Position numbers and translations under genes: made by a program
In this document: positions 18,813 to 29,343 of the stretch, piece by piece
How the letters are laid out: every line of letters starts with the position of its first letter
Position numbering within the stretch: the first letter of the stretch is position 1
Origin: Aliivibrio fischeri ES114
GTDB lineage: Bacteria; Pseudomonadota; Gammaproteobacteria; Enterobacterales; Vibrionaceae
DNA length: 32,000 nt
Strand: one strand, 5' to 3'
Assembly: GCF_000011805.1 (NCBI RefSeq)
Contig: NC_006840.2
The notes under the pieces: generated by a model
What the model saw: only the letters and a program-made list of their open reading frames with translations
What the model was told of the DNA's origin: nothing
Database searches by the model: none

Positions 18813-19763
18813 ATGAACCGCTACCGTAAAATACTTGTTGCTGGGATCATAGATCAGGAAGAACAACCTGCACTAAAACGTGCATTAGATATTGCTAATC
18901 GAACTACAAAACCAAGTGAGATCACTCTGTTTTGTACTACTTATGATTTTTCTTATGAGATGACTTCTATGCTATCGGCTGATGAGCGGATGGCGATGCG
19001 TAATGGCGTAGTCTCACAAAAAGTAAAAATGCTTAATGATGTTATTGCTGATTATTCTAAATCAGATCATGTCACCATAACCATCAAAGTCGTTTGGCAT
19101 AACCGTCCTTATGAAGCCATCATTAATGAAATCTTCGATGACAGCTATAACATATTGATAAAGGCAACACGTCAACACGCAAAATTAGAGACCGTATTCT
19201 TTACGCCAACAGATTGGCATTTGTTACGCAAGTCTCCTATTCCTGTTTTATTGGTTAAAGAGCGCCCATGGCCTGAAAATGGTAACATTCTAGCCTCAGT
19301 ACATGTTGGGTCTGAAAACCCTGCACACTTACAACTGAATGATAAAATGGTTGATGAAGCCATCTATTTCGCTGAAGTGTTAAACTCAACACCTCACCTA
19401 GTTAATGCTTATCCATCAACACCACCATCTATTCATGTGGAATTACCTGAGTTTAATGCTGTGCAATATAAAGATGCTATTCGTGGTCACCATTTGACAC
19501 AAATGAAAGCATTAAGACAAAAATACGGTATTCCAGAAGAGCAAACTCACGTATATGAAGGGCCAACTGAAGAAGTCATTTCTGAAGTTGAAGACGAACT
19601 TACCGCAGGACTTGTAATTCTTGGCACAACAGGCCGAACGGGTTTGTCTGCAATTTTTATTGGTAACACTGCTGAAAACACTTTAGATTTACTTAACTGT
19701 GATATTTTAGCATTAAAACCAGATGGTTATATTAGTCCTTTGGACCCTAACCATATCAGTTAA
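18813..19763 (+). CDS. uspE: Universal stress protein E
   Basis: MNRYRKILVAGIIDQEEQPALKRAL; tandem Usp domains with second-domain ILGTTGRTGLSAIFIGNTAE; AAGGAGG before ATG 18813; adjacent to fnr as in E. coli. Confidence 0.93.
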   Translation: MNRYRKILVAGIIDQEEQPALKRALDIANRTTKPSEITLFCTTYDFSYEMTSMLSADERMAMRNGVVSQKVKMLNDVIADYSKSDHVTITIKVVWHNRPYEAIINEIFDDSYNILIKATRQHAKLETVFFTPTDWHLLRKSPIPVLLVKERPWPENGNILASVHVGSENPAHLQLNDKMVDEAIYFAEVLNSTPHLVNAYPSTPPSIHVELPEFNAVQYKDAIRGHHLTQMKALRQKYGIPEEQTHVYEGPTEEVISEVEDELTAGLVILGTTGRTGLSAIFIGNTAENTLDLLNCDILALKPDGYISPLDPNHIS

Positions 19764-19848
19764 ATGTCATTAAGGCCTAATTCTGAACAAGTATTAGGCC
19801 CTTTTCTCCCAAAATAATCCCGTCTAAACTCGCTTATTGATCTTGTTT

Positions 19849-19861
19849 GGGTATAATACCC
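19849..19861 (+). promoter_or_regulatory. -10-like element embedded in a 13-bp palindrome upstream of ttcA
   Basis: GGGTATAATACCC; contains consensus TATAAT 41 bp upstream of the ttcA ATG; no good -35 seen. Confidence 0.4.
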
Positions 19862-19897
19862 GCCTTATCAGTTCCACCATTAGTTTAGAGTAAGTAA

Positions 19898-20821
19898 ATG
19901 AGCGAATTAACTAAAGCGCAGCAATACAATTTCAATAAGCTTCAAAAGAAAATCCGTCGTAATACTGGTAATGCTATTGCCGATTACAATATGATTGAAG
20001 ACGGTGACCGCATCATGGTATGTCTATCTGGTGGTAAAGATAGCTTCACTATGCTTGATATCTTAATGAGCTTAAAGAAAAGTGCGCCGATCTCATTTGA
20101 CTTAATCGCTGTAAACCTAGACCAGAAACAACCAGGTTTCCCTGCACATATTCTTCCTGAATACCTTGAGAAGTTAGGTGTAGAATACAAAATTGTAGAA
20201 GAAGATACCTATTCTATCGTTCAGGATAAAATTCCTGAAGGTAAAACAACTTGTTCTCTATGTTCACGTTTACGTCGTGGCATTCTTTACCGCACAGCAA
20301 AAGAACTAGGTGCAACTAAAATTGCTCTTGGTCACCATCGTGATGATATTCTTGAAACTATGTTCTTAAACATGTTCTACGGCGGTAAATTAAAAGGCAT
20401 GCCACCAAAACTAGTTTCAGACAATGGTGAGCACGTTGTAATCCGTCCTTTAGCGTACTGTCGTGAAAAAGACATTATCAAATACGCTGACATGCGTGAT
20501 TACCCTATCATCCCATGTAATCTTTGTGGTTCACAACCTAATATGCAACGTCAAAACGTTAAGCAAATGCTTAATACATGGGATAAGCAGTTTCCTGGAC
20601 GTATTGAGACTATGTTTACTGCAATGCAAAATGTAGTTCCAAGTCATTTAGCTGACTTTAATACGTTTGACTTTAAGAGCATTAACCGTGATTCAGGTGT
20701 TATTAACGGTGGTGATATTGGTTTTGATAAAGAAGAAATGCCAACATTACCCGTTGATGCTGACGATGCAGTTGCAGAGTTTGACCCATCATTAAAATTA
20801 GATGTTGTGAATGTAGATTAA
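19898..20821 (+). CDS. ttcA: tRNA 2-thiocytidine(32) synthetase TtcA
   Basis: 307 aa; PP-loop [13 protein letters not shown]; [10 protein letters not shown] and CNLCGSQPN cysteines. Confidence 0.97.
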   Translation: MSELTKAQQYNFNKLQKKIRRNTGNAIADYNMIEDGDRIMVCLSGGKDSFTMLDILMSLKKSAPISFDLIAVNLDQKQPGFPAHILPEYLEKLGVEYKIVEEDTYSIVQDKIPEGKTTCSLCSRLRRGILYRTAKELGATKIALGHHRDDILETMFLNMFYGGKLKGMPPKLVSDNGEHVVIRPLAYCREKDIIKYADMRDYPIIPCNLCGSQPNMQRQNVKQMLNTWDKQFPGRIETMFTAMQNVVPSHLADFNTFDFKSINRDSGVINGGDIGFDKEEMPTLPVDADDAVAEFDPSLKLDVVNVD

Positions 20822-20838
20822 TTATCTAATACCAAATA

Positions 20839-20872
20839 AAAAGGCGCAAACGTTAACTGTTTGCGCCTTTTT
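20839..20872 (+). terminator. Terminator after ttcA
   Basis: AAAAGGCGCAAACgttaactGTTTGCGCCTTTTT. Confidence 0.88.
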
Positions 20873-20892
20873 TTATTTTGATTTTATTCGAA

Positions 20893-21540
20893 CTATTTTA
20901 CTAGCCATGGAGTAACTTTTAATGCTTCACCTGGTAAAATAAATTTCACATCATCTTTATACTTTCTAAGATCTACTGTTACTTTTCCATTATTAAGTGG
21001 CAGTACATCCCCTGTTGAAACAGCAACACCACTAGTGACAGCGTCACTAAAAACGAAGGTGATGCCTTCAACATCAGGCATGAAATATTTGGCAAACATT
21101 CCACCAATATCTGCAAGCATCGCATCCATTTGAACCGTTAAGTCTCTGAGTTCTTTAGCTGATACAGAATCACGGAAAGATTTATTTGCTAATACCTCCA
21201 TAGAGATATCACACTGTTTACCTTCCTCTGTTTGGATATAAACTAACGGATTAGCTGACTTTAAATTGTTATCGATTGGAAGAGGCAGTTCTTGGTTACT
21301 TGGAATTGTAAATTCCTCATAATGCTCTTCTTTTTCCATCCATGCCTTTGTAATTTGACAAGCTTTACCTGTTTTAGCGTCGTTAAAGAAAAGTGCCATA
21401 CGAACATCATCATGCCCTTCTTTCTGGTTCACTTTTAATTGATAGTAAAGCTTTGTATACGTAAAGCGGTACTGCTCAGCTTTCACAGGTAGTGCCAAAC
21501 ACAATAGTGACAACGTCGTCGCACTAATCCATTTTTTCAT
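20893..21540 (-). CDS. DUF2987-family exported protein
   Basis: 215 aa; signal peptide MKKWISATTLSLLCLALPVKA; EQYRFTYTKLYYQLKVN. Confidence 0.65.
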   Translation of the reverse strand: MKKWISATTLSLLCLALPVKAEQYRFTYTKLYYQLKVNQKEGHDDVRMALFFNDAKTGKACQITKAWMEKEEHYEEFTIPSNQELPLPIDNNLKSANPLVYIQTEEGKQCDISMEVLANKSFRDSVSAKELRDLTVQMDAMLADIGGMFAKYFMPDVEGITFVFSDAVTSGVAVSTGDVLPLNNGKVTVDLRKYKDDVKFILPGEALKVTPWLVK

Positions 21541-21541
21541 T

Positions 21542-22276
21542 TTATCTCCAGTATTGGCTGTTGTGGCGGATCATCGCTTGAATTTCTTCAACATATGCCT
21601 CACCACGCTCTGAGTAACGAATTAAGCCATTTGCTAATACGTTTGCCTCTTGTTCTGGTGTTAAGTTTTCAGGAGAAGCATGCAATTCCATACGGATTTT
21701 ACGAAGATCAGCATACGCATTATTGCGGTTTACATTCATAAAATAAGCATGTACCGCTTCTTGAGATGAATTAAACTTAGCCACTTCATGTACCGCACCT
21801 TCATTACGCTTACTTGGTACCACACCACAACCTTTAGTGTAACACCACTGACCGAAGTAGTTATTAGCCTCACGAGCAAAACGAGATGTGCCCCATGCAG
21901 ATTCATTAGCTCCTTGGCTAAGAACTAAAGGCGCAGGAATATAATCAACCTTAACAAGCATATTATTAAGCCACTCAGCCGTTACGCCTTTATCAGTTAG
22001 CTTTTCTTTGTATGCTTTTGATAACTCTGTAGCCTTTTCTAACTCTTTTGACGACAAAGCAGTATCGTTGTCGTTTTTGATAACTAAAGATTCAATAAAC
22101 GCACGCTCTTCTTTAACACGAGTATTTTCAGCAATAACCGCTGGATACATAAAGTTAAAAAAAGCGGCCTTTTTTTCTTTAACATCTTTAAATGCTTTAA
22201 AATCTGGCACTTCTTCTTTAGGTGTACATGCTGCCATCATTAATACAGTAGATAAAATTAAGATTTTTTTAATCAT
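21542..22276 (-). CDS. Glucosaminidase-domain (Bax-like) lipoprotein
   Basis: MIKKILILSTVLMMAACTPKE lipobox; LVLSQGANESAWGTSRFAREANNYFGQWCYTKGCG glucosaminidase motif. Confidence 0.78.
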   Translation of the reverse strand: MIKKILILSTVLMMAACTPKEEVPDFKAFKDVKEKKAAFFNFMYPAVIAENTRVKEERAFIESLVIKNDNDTALSSKELEKATELSKAYKEKLTDKGVTAEWLNNMLVKVDYIPAPLVLSQGANESAWGTSRFAREANNYFGQWCYTKGCGVVPSKRNEGAVHEVAKFNSSQEAVHAYFMNVNRNNAYADLRKIRMELHASPENLTPEQEANVLANGLIRYSERGEAYVEEIQAMIRHNSQYWR

Positions 22277-22284
22277 TATTAAAC

Positions 22285-23100
22285 TCACGCATTGAAAATA
22301 TCATTTTGAACAGATTGATCAGGTTTATCCTCATCATCTCCACTCTTATCTTTAACCATTACTTTTAAAGTAATACCAAACATATTGCGGTAAATAATCC
22401 CTTTCACGTTGAAAATGAAAGGCATAACTACAATCAAACCAACACCATATAATGCAATACCGAATACCAATGCCAGCATAATAACAATATGAATTAATAG
22501 CATAGACGCTAATTTTTTATTTGTTGCTCTAAATGAAAGTAGCAAAGCTTGTAGTGGTGATACTTTCTTTTCACAAACAAGCAAAATCGACATTCCAAAA
22601 GCCATAGATAGGTATAACGCAACCATAGGTAGATAAATATTTACCATGCCTTGCAGAACTTCAGACAAAATCGTAACTAGCGCCACCATTCCAGCTGAAG
22701 CTATCCCTTTAAAAATATAGCTTGTGCGACATTTTAGACCTGCTGCATGGCTCATTCCCATTAAACTTGCCCCAGCTGTTAATGGAGAAACAATAACTTG
22801 AGCACTCAAACCAGCAACAAATGCAGCATACGAAATCTTCGTCGTTAGCTCTGTTTCACCCAAAAATGCCTTAAACAAAACAGCTGGATCACCAAGTTGG
22901 ATTTGAAGCGCTAAAAAGAATACCGCCATATATGAGAATGTTAGCAATAGTATTGCTGGAGAAAAGACGAAAAAATGTTTAACCGTATTTTTCCAAGCTT
23001 CTTGAAGAACACTCACAGGACTTAACTCAAATTGACCTGAAACTGCCTTTTCAATACTGCCACCTAAGATAAACGTTTTCTCTTTTGGTTGTTCACTCAT
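22285..23100 (-). CDS. Multi-pass membrane protein of unknown function
   Basis: Start likely at internal MSEQPKEKTF; six or so hydrophobic segments. Confidence 0.6.
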   Translation of the reverse strand: MSEQPKEKTFILGGSIEKAVSGQFELSPVSVLQEAWKNTVKHFFVFSPAILLLTFSYMAVFFLALQIQLGDPAVLFKAFLGETELTTKISYAAFVAGLSAQVIVSPLTAGASLMGMSHAAGLKCRTSYIFKGIASAGMVALVTILSEVLQGMVNIYLPMVALYLSMAFGMSILLVCEKKVSPLQALLLSFRATNKKLASMLLIHIVIMLALVFGIALYGVGLIVVMPFIFNVKGIIYRNMFGITLKVMVKDKSGDDEDKPDQSVQNDIFNA

Positions 23101-23230
23101 TTCTGTGTACCACAATAAAACATGGGGCGATTATACGTATTTCAAAGCTTGAGTGCAGTATTCATAAAAAAGAAATTATCTAAATACAAAGTTATTTGTA
23201 ACAAATGACACCAACTTACTGATTTTCGTC

Positions 23231-23236
23231 TATAAT
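23231..23236 (+). promoter_or_regulatory. Candidate -10 box for potABC
   Basis: TATAAT in cgtcTATAATaaag; upstream ATGACA at suboptimal 20-bp spacing. Confidence 0.4.
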
Positions 23237-23413
23237 AAAGCTCAAAATAGATACACAAACAGATTGAAAATCAACGACTTTTAAAAAAGTTTGCCATATC
23301 AAATAAAAAAAACTTTTCATATTGTGAGATGGGGTCTATTATGCGCCCGAAATCCCCATTTATAATCAACACTTAAACGCGGTATCACTACCCAAGGCGG
23401 AGATAAAAAGACA

Positions 23414-24532
23414 TTGAACGTTACACAACAATCCGAAAAAGAAGCAGTTATTAAATTAACTGGTATTTCTAAAAGCTTTGATGGCAAAGAAGTGATTTCT
23501 AATTTTGACTTAGATGTAAATCACGGTGAATTTTTAACAATTCTTGGTCCTTCAGGTTGTGGTAAAACCACAGTGTTACGCATGATCGCAGGTTTCGAAA
23601 CCGCTGATGCAGGAACAATTTTATTGGATTCGACAGATGTAACGTCAGTGCCCGCAGAACAGAGGCATGTGAATACCGTATTCCAAAGCTACGCCCTATT
23701 CCCGCACATGACGGTGTTTGAGAACGTTGCGTTTGGTTTACGTATGCAAAAAGTTGCAGAATCAGAAATTGAGCCTCGTGTAACAGAAGCTCTGCAAATG
23801 GTTCGTTTAGCTCAAATGGCAAACCGTAAGCCTCATCAGTTATCTGGTGGTCAACAACAACGTATCGCAATTGCTCGTGCAGTTGTAAACAAGCCTAAGG
23901 TTCTTCTTCTTGATGAATCTTTATCTGCGCTTGATTACAAACTACGTAAGCAAATGCAAATTGAACTTAAACAATTACAACGTCAATTAGGTATTACTTT
24001 TATTTTCGTAACTCACGACCAGGAAGAAGCTCTTTCAATGTCTGACCGTATTATCGTGATGCGTGATGGTGTTATTGAACAAGACGGTACTCCTCGTGAA
24101 ATATACGAAGAACCAAAGAACTTATTTGTTGCTCGCTTCATCGGTGAAATCAACGTATTTGCTGCTACAGTGCAAGAACGTCTTGATGAAAAACGTATTA
24201 AAGCAGAAATCGAAGATACTTCAGCTATCGTATATTGCGACCTTGATGTTGCTCCTGGCGATAAAGTGAAAGTATTACTTCGTCCTGAAGATTTACGCCT
24301 AGAAGAAATCAAAGAGTCTGATAATAAAGGCATCACTGGCTATGTACGTGAACGTACGTACAAAGGTATGACTTTAGACTCTGTACTTGAGTTAGATTCA
24401 GGTATGCGTGTAATGATCAGTGAGTTCTTTAATGAAGATGATCCAGATGTTGATCACTCTTTAGGTCAAAAAGTAGCAATTACTTGGGTTGAAAGCTGGG
24501 AAGTGGTGTTAGCAGATGAACAAGAAGTTTAA
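23414..24532 (+). CDS. potA: Spermidine/putrescine ABC transporter ATPase PotA (TTG start)
   Basis: [16 protein letters not shown] Walker [15 protein letters not shown] signature, [11 protein letters not shown]; GGCGGAG upstream of the TTG. Confidence 0.96.
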   Translation: MNVTQQSEKEAVIKLTGISKSFDGKEVISNFDLDVNHGEFLTILGPSGCGKTTVLRMIAGFETADAGTILLDSTDVTSVPAEQRHVNTVFQSYALFPHMTVFENVAFGLRMQKVAESEIEPRVTEALQMVRLAQMANRKPHQLSGGQQQRIAIARAVVNKPKVLLLDESLSALDYKLRKQMQIELKQLQRQLGITFIFVTHDQEEALSMSDRIIVMRDGVIEQDGTPREIYEEPKNLFVARFIGEINVFAATVQERLDEKRIKAEIEDTSAIVYCDLDVAPGDKVKVLLRPEDLRLEEIKESDNKGITGYVRERTYKGMTLDSVLELDSGMRVMISEFFNEDDPDVDHSLGQKVAITWVESWEVVLADEQEV

Positions 24533-25373
24533 TCTCCAAAATATCATCATCACAATTATTGTTAGTTGGTTACTGCTGTTCGTTTTCATTCCAAATGTAA
24601 TGATCATCGGTACTAGCTTCTTAACTCGTGATGAAGCAAATTTAATCGAAATGACGTTTACGATGGATAACTATCTACGTCTTTTTGATCCACTATATGC
24701 AAAAGTGCTGTGGCATTCATTTTATATGGCCATTGTTGCAACGTTAATCTGTTTGGTTGTGGGTTACCCATTTGCCTACATCGTTGCAAAAATGCCTGAA
24801 AGATGGCGCCCATTTATGCTGTTTTTAATTATTGTTCCTTTTTGGACTAACTCATTAATCCGTACTTATGGGTTAAAAATTGTGTTAGGTACTCAAGGTA
24901 TTTTAAATAAAAGCCTAATTGCAATGGATATCATCGATAAACCATTACGTATTATGTACACAGAAACAGCAGTAATGATTGGTTTAGTTTACATTCTATT
25001 ACCTTTCATGATTTTGCCACTGTATTCAGCAATTGAAAAACTTGACGGTACTTACTTAGAAGCGGCTCGTGATCTAGGTGCAAACAAACTTCAAACTTTG
25101 TGGAAGATTGTATTGCCACTAACAATGCCAGGTATTATTGGCGGTTGTTTATTAGTGTTACTTCCAGCTCTTGGAATGTTCTATATTTCTGACCTATTAG
25201 GTGGTGCGAAAAACCTACTAATTGGTAACGTAATTAAGAGCCAAGTATTGAACGCACGTGATTGGCCATTTGGTGCAGCGACCAGTATCGCCCTCACCTT
25301 GGCGATGGCATTAATGCTTTATGCTTACTACCGTGCAGGCAAGTTATTAAACAAAAAGGCGGATCTAGACTAA
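24516..25373 (+). CDS. potB: Spermidine/putrescine ABC transporter permease PotB
   Basis: 285 aa; overlaps potA by 17 nt; EAA motif [28 protein letters not shown]. Confidence 0.95.
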   Translation: MNKKFNLQNIIITIIVSWLLLFVFIPNVMIIGTSFLTRDEANLIEMTFTMDNYLRLFDPLYAKVLWHSFYMAIVATLICLVVGYPFAYIVAKMPERWRPFMLFLIIVPFWTNSLIRTYGLKIVLGTQGILNKSLIAMDIIDKPLRIMYTETAVMIGLVYILLPFMILPLYSAIEKLDGTYLEAARDLGANKLQTLWKIVLPLTMPGIIGGCLLVLLPALGMFYISDLLGGAKNLLIGNVIKSQVLNARDWPFGAATSIALTLAMALMLYAYYRAGKLLNKKADLD

Positions 25374-26143
25374 TGGGACGCACAATTAGATTTAGTTTTA
25401 TGAGTTTGGTATATCTTTTCTTATACCTACCAATCATCGTTCTGATTGCGAACTCATTCAACGCAAGTAAATTTGGTATGAAATGGGGCGGCTTCACTAC
25501 AAAATGGTATGAAGCGCTAGTAAACAATGACAGCTTAATGCAAGCAGCTTGGCACTCTATTACTATCGCAGTAATTTCAGGTACCGCTGCAACCATTATT
25601 GGTAGTTTAACTGCAGTTGCCCTTTTCCGTTATCAGTTTAAAGGCAAAAAGTTTGTTAATGGTCTACTGTTTGTTGTGATGATGTCTCCTGATATCGTGA
25701 TGGCAATTTCATTACTGGCTATTTTCCTTGTAATCGGTTTTGAGCTTGGCTTTTTAACACTATTAATCGCTCACATCACTTTCTGTTTACCATTCGTGGT
25801 AGTAACAGTTTATAGCCGCTTAAAAGGCTTTGATGTGAAAATGTTAGAAGCTGCACGTGATTTAGGTGCAAGTGAATGGGTAATTCTTAAACAAATTATC
25901 CTTCCTCTAGCAAAACCAGCTGTGGCTGCTGGCTGGTTATTAAGTTTTACCCTTTCATTGGATGATGTAATCATCAGTTCATTTGTAACGGGTCCAACTT
26001 ACGAAATTTTACCATTGAAGATTTACTCAATGGTTAAAGTAGGTATTTCACCTGAAGTGAATGCCTTAGCAACAGTAATGTTGTTTGTTTCTCTGATTTT
26101 AGTTGTACTTTCACAGCTATTAGCAAGAGAAAAAATTAAGTAA
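25373..26143 (+). CDS. potC: Spermidine/putrescine ABC transporter permease PotC
   Basis: True start at ATG 25373 ([21 protein letters not shown]), TAATG overlap with potB; EAA motif [28 protein letters not shown]. Confidence 0.95.
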   Translation: MGRTIRFSFMSLVYLFLYLPIIVLIANSFNASKFGMKWGGFTTKWYEALVNNDSLMQAAWHSITIAVISGTAATIIGSLTAVALFRYQFKGKKFVNGLLFVVMMSPDIVMAISLLAIFLVIGFELGFLTLLIAHITFCLPFVVVTVYSRLKGFDVKMLEAARDLGASEWVILKQIILPLAKPAVAAGWLLSFTLSLDDVIISSFVTGPTYEILPLKIYSMVKVGISPEVNALATVMLFVSLILVVLSQLLAREKIK

Positions 26144-26208
26144 TAGTTCTATTGTTTTAAATTAATTGTTTCATGCAAACCATCGTTTCATGTAAACAAT
26201 AAATCTGG

Positions 26209-26244
26209 AAGACATGCCTTTTGTTCGACATGTCTTCTTTTTTA
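26209..26244 (+). terminator. Terminator/attenuator between potC and first potD
   Basis: GAAGACATG...CATGTCTTC 9-bp stem followed by T-run. Confidence 0.7.
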
Positions 26245-26267
26245 TCACTCTAATGGAGAGTCAATCA

Positions 26268-27302
26268 ATGAACAAAATGGCTGCGTTTTTTACTGGAACC
26301 GCCTGCGCTTTAGCACTAACAATGAATGTTGCAAACGCAAAAGAAAATGATGAATTGGTATTCATGAACTGGGGACCATACATCAACAGTGATATTTTAG
26401 AAGAATTTACTAAAGAAACTGGCATTAAAGTTATCTACTCTACTTATGAGTCAAATGAAACTTTATACGCTAAAATGAAGGCTCACAATAAAGGTTATGA
26501 CCTAGTTGTTCCTTCAACTTATTTCGTTGCAAAAATGCGTGACGAAAAAATGCTTCAACCAATTGATAAATCAAAACTATCAAACTTCACTCAATTGGAT
26601 ACGAACTACTTAGACAAGCCATTTGATCCTAAGAATGAATACTCTATTCCACACGTAGTGGCGATCACAGGTCTTGCTGTAAACACAGAAATGTATAACC
26701 CAGATGACTTCAATAGCTGGGGCGATCTTTGGAACCCTGAGTTTGAAGGTCAATTAATGTTAATGGATGATACTCGTGAAGTATTCCACATTGCATTACG
26801 TAAATTAGGTTACTCAGGTAACTCAACAAACCCGAAAGAAATTGACGAAGCGTATGCTGAGCTACAAAAACTAATGCCAAACGTATTAGTATTCAACTCA
26901 GACAACCCAGGTGCACCATACATGGCTGGCGAAGTTGGTCTTGGTATGCTTTGGAATGGTTCTGCAGCCGCCGCTCAAGCTGAAGGTTTACCTATTAAAC
27001 TTATCTTCCCTAAAGAAGGTGGTATCGGTTGGGTTGATAACTTTGCAATCCCTTCAGGCGCAAACAATGTAGAAGCAGCTCATAAGATGATCGACTTTTT
27101 ACTTCGTCCAGAAATCGCAGCACGCATTTCAGCAGATACTGGCTACCTAACAGCAGTTAAAGCATCAAACGACAAGTTTAAAGACGTTGCACCTCTGTTC
27201 CCATCACAAGAAGATTTAGACCGCGTTGAGTGGCAATCTGCAGTTGGTGACATGACAGTTAAATACGAAGAGTACTTCTTAAAACTGAAAGCCGGACAGT
27301 AA
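26268..27302 (+). CDS. potD: Spermidine/putrescine-binding periplasmic protein, paralogue 1
   Basis: Start MNKMAAFFTGTACALALTMNVANA (signal peptide); MNWGPYINSDILEEFTKETGIKVIYSTYESNETLYAKM. Confidence 0.93.
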   Translation: MNKMAAFFTGTACALALTMNVANAKENDELVFMNWGPYINSDILEEFTKETGIKVIYSTYESNETLYAKMKAHNKGYDLVVPSTYFVAKMRDEKMLQPIDKSKLSNFTQLDTNYLDKPFDPKNEYSIPHVVAITGLAVNTEMYNPDDFNSWGDLWNPEFEGQLMLMDDTREVFHIALRKLGYSGNSTNPKEIDEAYAELQKLMPNVLVFNSDNPGAPYMAGEVGLGMLWNGSAAAAQAEGLPIKLIFPKEGGIGWVDNFAIPSGANNVEAAHKMIDFLLRPEIAARISADTGYLTAVKASNDKFKDVAPLFPSQEDLDRVEWQSAVGDMTVKYEEYFLKLKAGQ

Positions 27303-27325
27303 CCTAACCCTTACTGAACCTTACT

Positions 27326-27356
27326 AATGGCAGCGTATATCGCTGCCATTTTTGAT
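27326..27356 (+). terminator. Terminator between the two potD genes
   Basis: AATGGCAGCG-tatat-CGCTGCCATTTTT. Confidence 0.85.
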
Positions 27357-27450
27357 CTCCCTCGCACAAATTTCCTTACAAACTAATTTATATTACCTTG
27401 ATTTAAGCCAAGTTATTGATTTGCAATGACATGCAGTCTCCTGCAAAAAT

Positions 27451-27459
27451 TGCTATAAT
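27451..27459 (+). promoter_or_regulatory. Extended -10 promoter element for second potD
   Basis: TGcTATAAT, 45 bp upstream of ATG 27504; AGGAGAAGG ribosome-binding site precedes the ATG. Confidence 0.6.
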
Positions 27460-27503
27460 GCGCGCTCAATTATGGATACTCCCCTCATATATAGGAGAAG
27501 GAA

Positions 27504-28547
27504 ATGAAAAAGTGGACAACTCTCGTCTCTACAGGACTGTGCGCTGCAGCCTTAATCGCTGGTAATGCACAAGCTGCAGATAAAGAGCTCTATTTTTATA
27601 ACTGGTCAGAATACATTCCAAATGAAGTTCTTGAAGACTTCACTAAAGAAACTGGTATCAAAGTTTACTATTCGACGTATGAGTCGAATGAAAGCATGTA
27701 CGCTAAATTAAAAACTCAAGGTTCTGGATATGATCTAGTTGTTCCTTCAACTTACTTTGTGTCGAAAATGCGCAAAGAAGGTATGCTACAAAAGATTGAT
27801 AAATCTAAATTACCTCATTTCAAAGACTTAGATCCAAACTACCTAAATAAGCCTTTTGATCCAAATAACAACTACTCTATTCCTTACATTTGGGGCGCAA
27901 CAGGTATCGGCGTAAATGCTGATATGATGAACCCGAATGAGCTTCATTCTTGGAACGATTTCTGGGATGAAAAATGGCAAGGTCAGTTAATGATGATGGA
28001 TGACTCACGTGAAGTGTTCCATATCGCATTAACTAAACTTGGTTACTCAGCAAATACAACAAATCCTGAAGAAATCAAAGCCGCTTACGAAGAACTGAAA
28101 AAACTAATGCCTAACATTTTGGTGTTTAACTCAGACTTCCCTGCAAACCCATACTTAGCGGGTGAAACAAGTGTTGGTATGCTTTGGAACGGTTCTGCTT
28201 ACATGGCTCGTGAAGAAGGTGCAAACATTCAAATCGTATGGCCAGAAAAAGGCGCTATCTTCTGGATGGATAGCCTAGCAATTCCTGCTGGTGCAAAAAA
28301 CATCGATGCTGCACACGAAATGATGGATTTCTTACTACGTCCTGAAAACGCCGCTAAAATTGCATTAGAAATCGGCTACCCAACACCAGTGAAATCAGCA
28401 TACCCTCTTTTACCTAAAGAGTTTGCTAATGATCCAAACATCTTCCCTCCTCAATCTGTAATGGATTCAGGTGAATGGCAAGACGAAGTTGGTGAAGCAA
28501 GTACGCTTTATGACGAATACTTCCAAAAGCTAAAAGTTGATATGTAA
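27504..28547 (+). CDS. potD: Spermidine/putrescine-binding periplasmic protein, paralogue 2
   Basis: 347 aa; signal peptide ...ALIAGNAQA; YSIPYIWGATGIGVNADM; collinear similarity to paralogue 1. Confidence 0.95.
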   Translation: MKKWTTLVSTGLCAAALIAGNAQAADKELYFYNWSEYIPNEVLEDFTKETGIKVYYSTYESNESMYAKLKTQGSGYDLVVPSTYFVSKMRKEGMLQKIDKSKLPHFKDLDPNYLNKPFDPNNNYSIPYIWGATGIGVNADMMNPNELHSWNDFWDEKWQGQLMMMDDSREVFHIALTKLGYSANTTNPEEIKAAYEELKKLMPNILVFNSDFPANPYLAGETSVGMLWNGSAYMAREEGANIQIVWPEKGAIFWMDSLAIPAGAKNIDAAHEMMDFLLRPENAAKIALEIGYPTPVKSAYPLLPKEFANDPNIFPPQSVMDSGEWQDEVGEASTLYDEYFQKLKVDM

Positions 28548-28580
28548 TACCCATCTATTACATCGTAATACAACACATTT

Positions 28581-28618
28581 AAAAGCCAATGAATCTAATG
28601 ATTTATTGGCTTTTTTTA
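28581..28618 (+). terminator. Terminator after second potD
   Basis: AAAAGCCAAT...ATTGGCTTTTTTT. Confidence 0.8.
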
Positions 28619-28629
28619 TTTTTTAAAAG

Positions 28630-29343
28630 TTATATTTCTAATAGTTCCGAAACCAACTCAGGTACTAACTCACCCGCTTTACCATAACGTTTCTCTTCAA
28701 ATTCATCATCTACAGCACTTGGCTCCAAGTTAATCTCAATAGTATGTGCGCCATGTAAACGAGCTTCATGCACAAAGCCAGCAGCTGGATAAACTGAACC
28801 TGACGTACCAATCGAAATAAATAAATCCGCCTGATTTAACGCTTCATGGATTCTGCCCATTTCTAATGGCATTTCACCAAACCATACGACATGAGGACGT
28901 AACTGAGCTGGTATTTGGCAACAATGACAAAAATCACCAGTATGAATATCATCAGTACACTCAAACACTTGATTCGATTCTTCACAACGAATCTTGTTTA
29001 ACTCACCATGCATATGAATCACATTTGTGCTTCCACCGCGCTCATGTAGATTATCAATATTCTGAGTCACGATTGTCACCGTACCATCCAACTCTTTTTC
29101 AAGTTTAGCGAGTGCTTTATGGGCTGCGTTAGGTTGAATATTATCGCTTTTCAACAGAGCTCTACGTTTATTATAGAAATCCTGCACTAAATCCGGGTCA
29201 TTCAAAAAACCTTCTGGTGTTGCAACGTCTTCAATTCGATGGTTTTCCCATAACCCGTCACTAGCACGAAAAGTTTGGATCCCCGACTCAGCCGATATCC
29301 CAGCACCAGTTAAAATTACGATATTCTTATACGGAAATAACAT
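28630..29343 (-). CDS. cobB: NAD-dependent protein deacylase CobB (Sir2 family)
   Basis: Likely start [32 protein letters not shown]; [12 protein letters not shown]; HMHGEL; [10 protein letters not shown]. Confidence 0.94.
   Translation of the reverse strand: MLFPYKNIVILTGAGISAESGIQTFRASDGLWENHRIEDVATPEGFLNDPDLVQDFYNKRRALLKSDNIQPNAAHKALAKLEKELDGTVTIVTQNIDNLHERGGSTNVIHMHGELNKIRCEESNQVFECTDDIHTGDFCHCCQIPAQLRPHVVWFGEMPLEMGRIHEALNQADLFISIGTSGSVYPAAGFVHEARLHGAHTIEINLEPSAVDDEFEEKRYGKAGELVPELVSELLEI

Noticed and set aside
23499-24336. Antisense ORFs within potA (123 aa and 107 aa)
   Set aside because: Shadow ORFs opposite the conserved ABC ATPase; no RBS or independent evidence.
25262-25372. N-terminal extension of the potC ORF
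   Set aside because: Overlaps potB extensively; the ATG at 25373 gives the canonical MGRTIRF start with TAATG coupling.
26214-26267. Upstream extension of the first potD ORF
   Set aside because: Runs through the terminator hairpin; the ATG at 26268 is preceded by a GGAG and gives a normal signal peptide.
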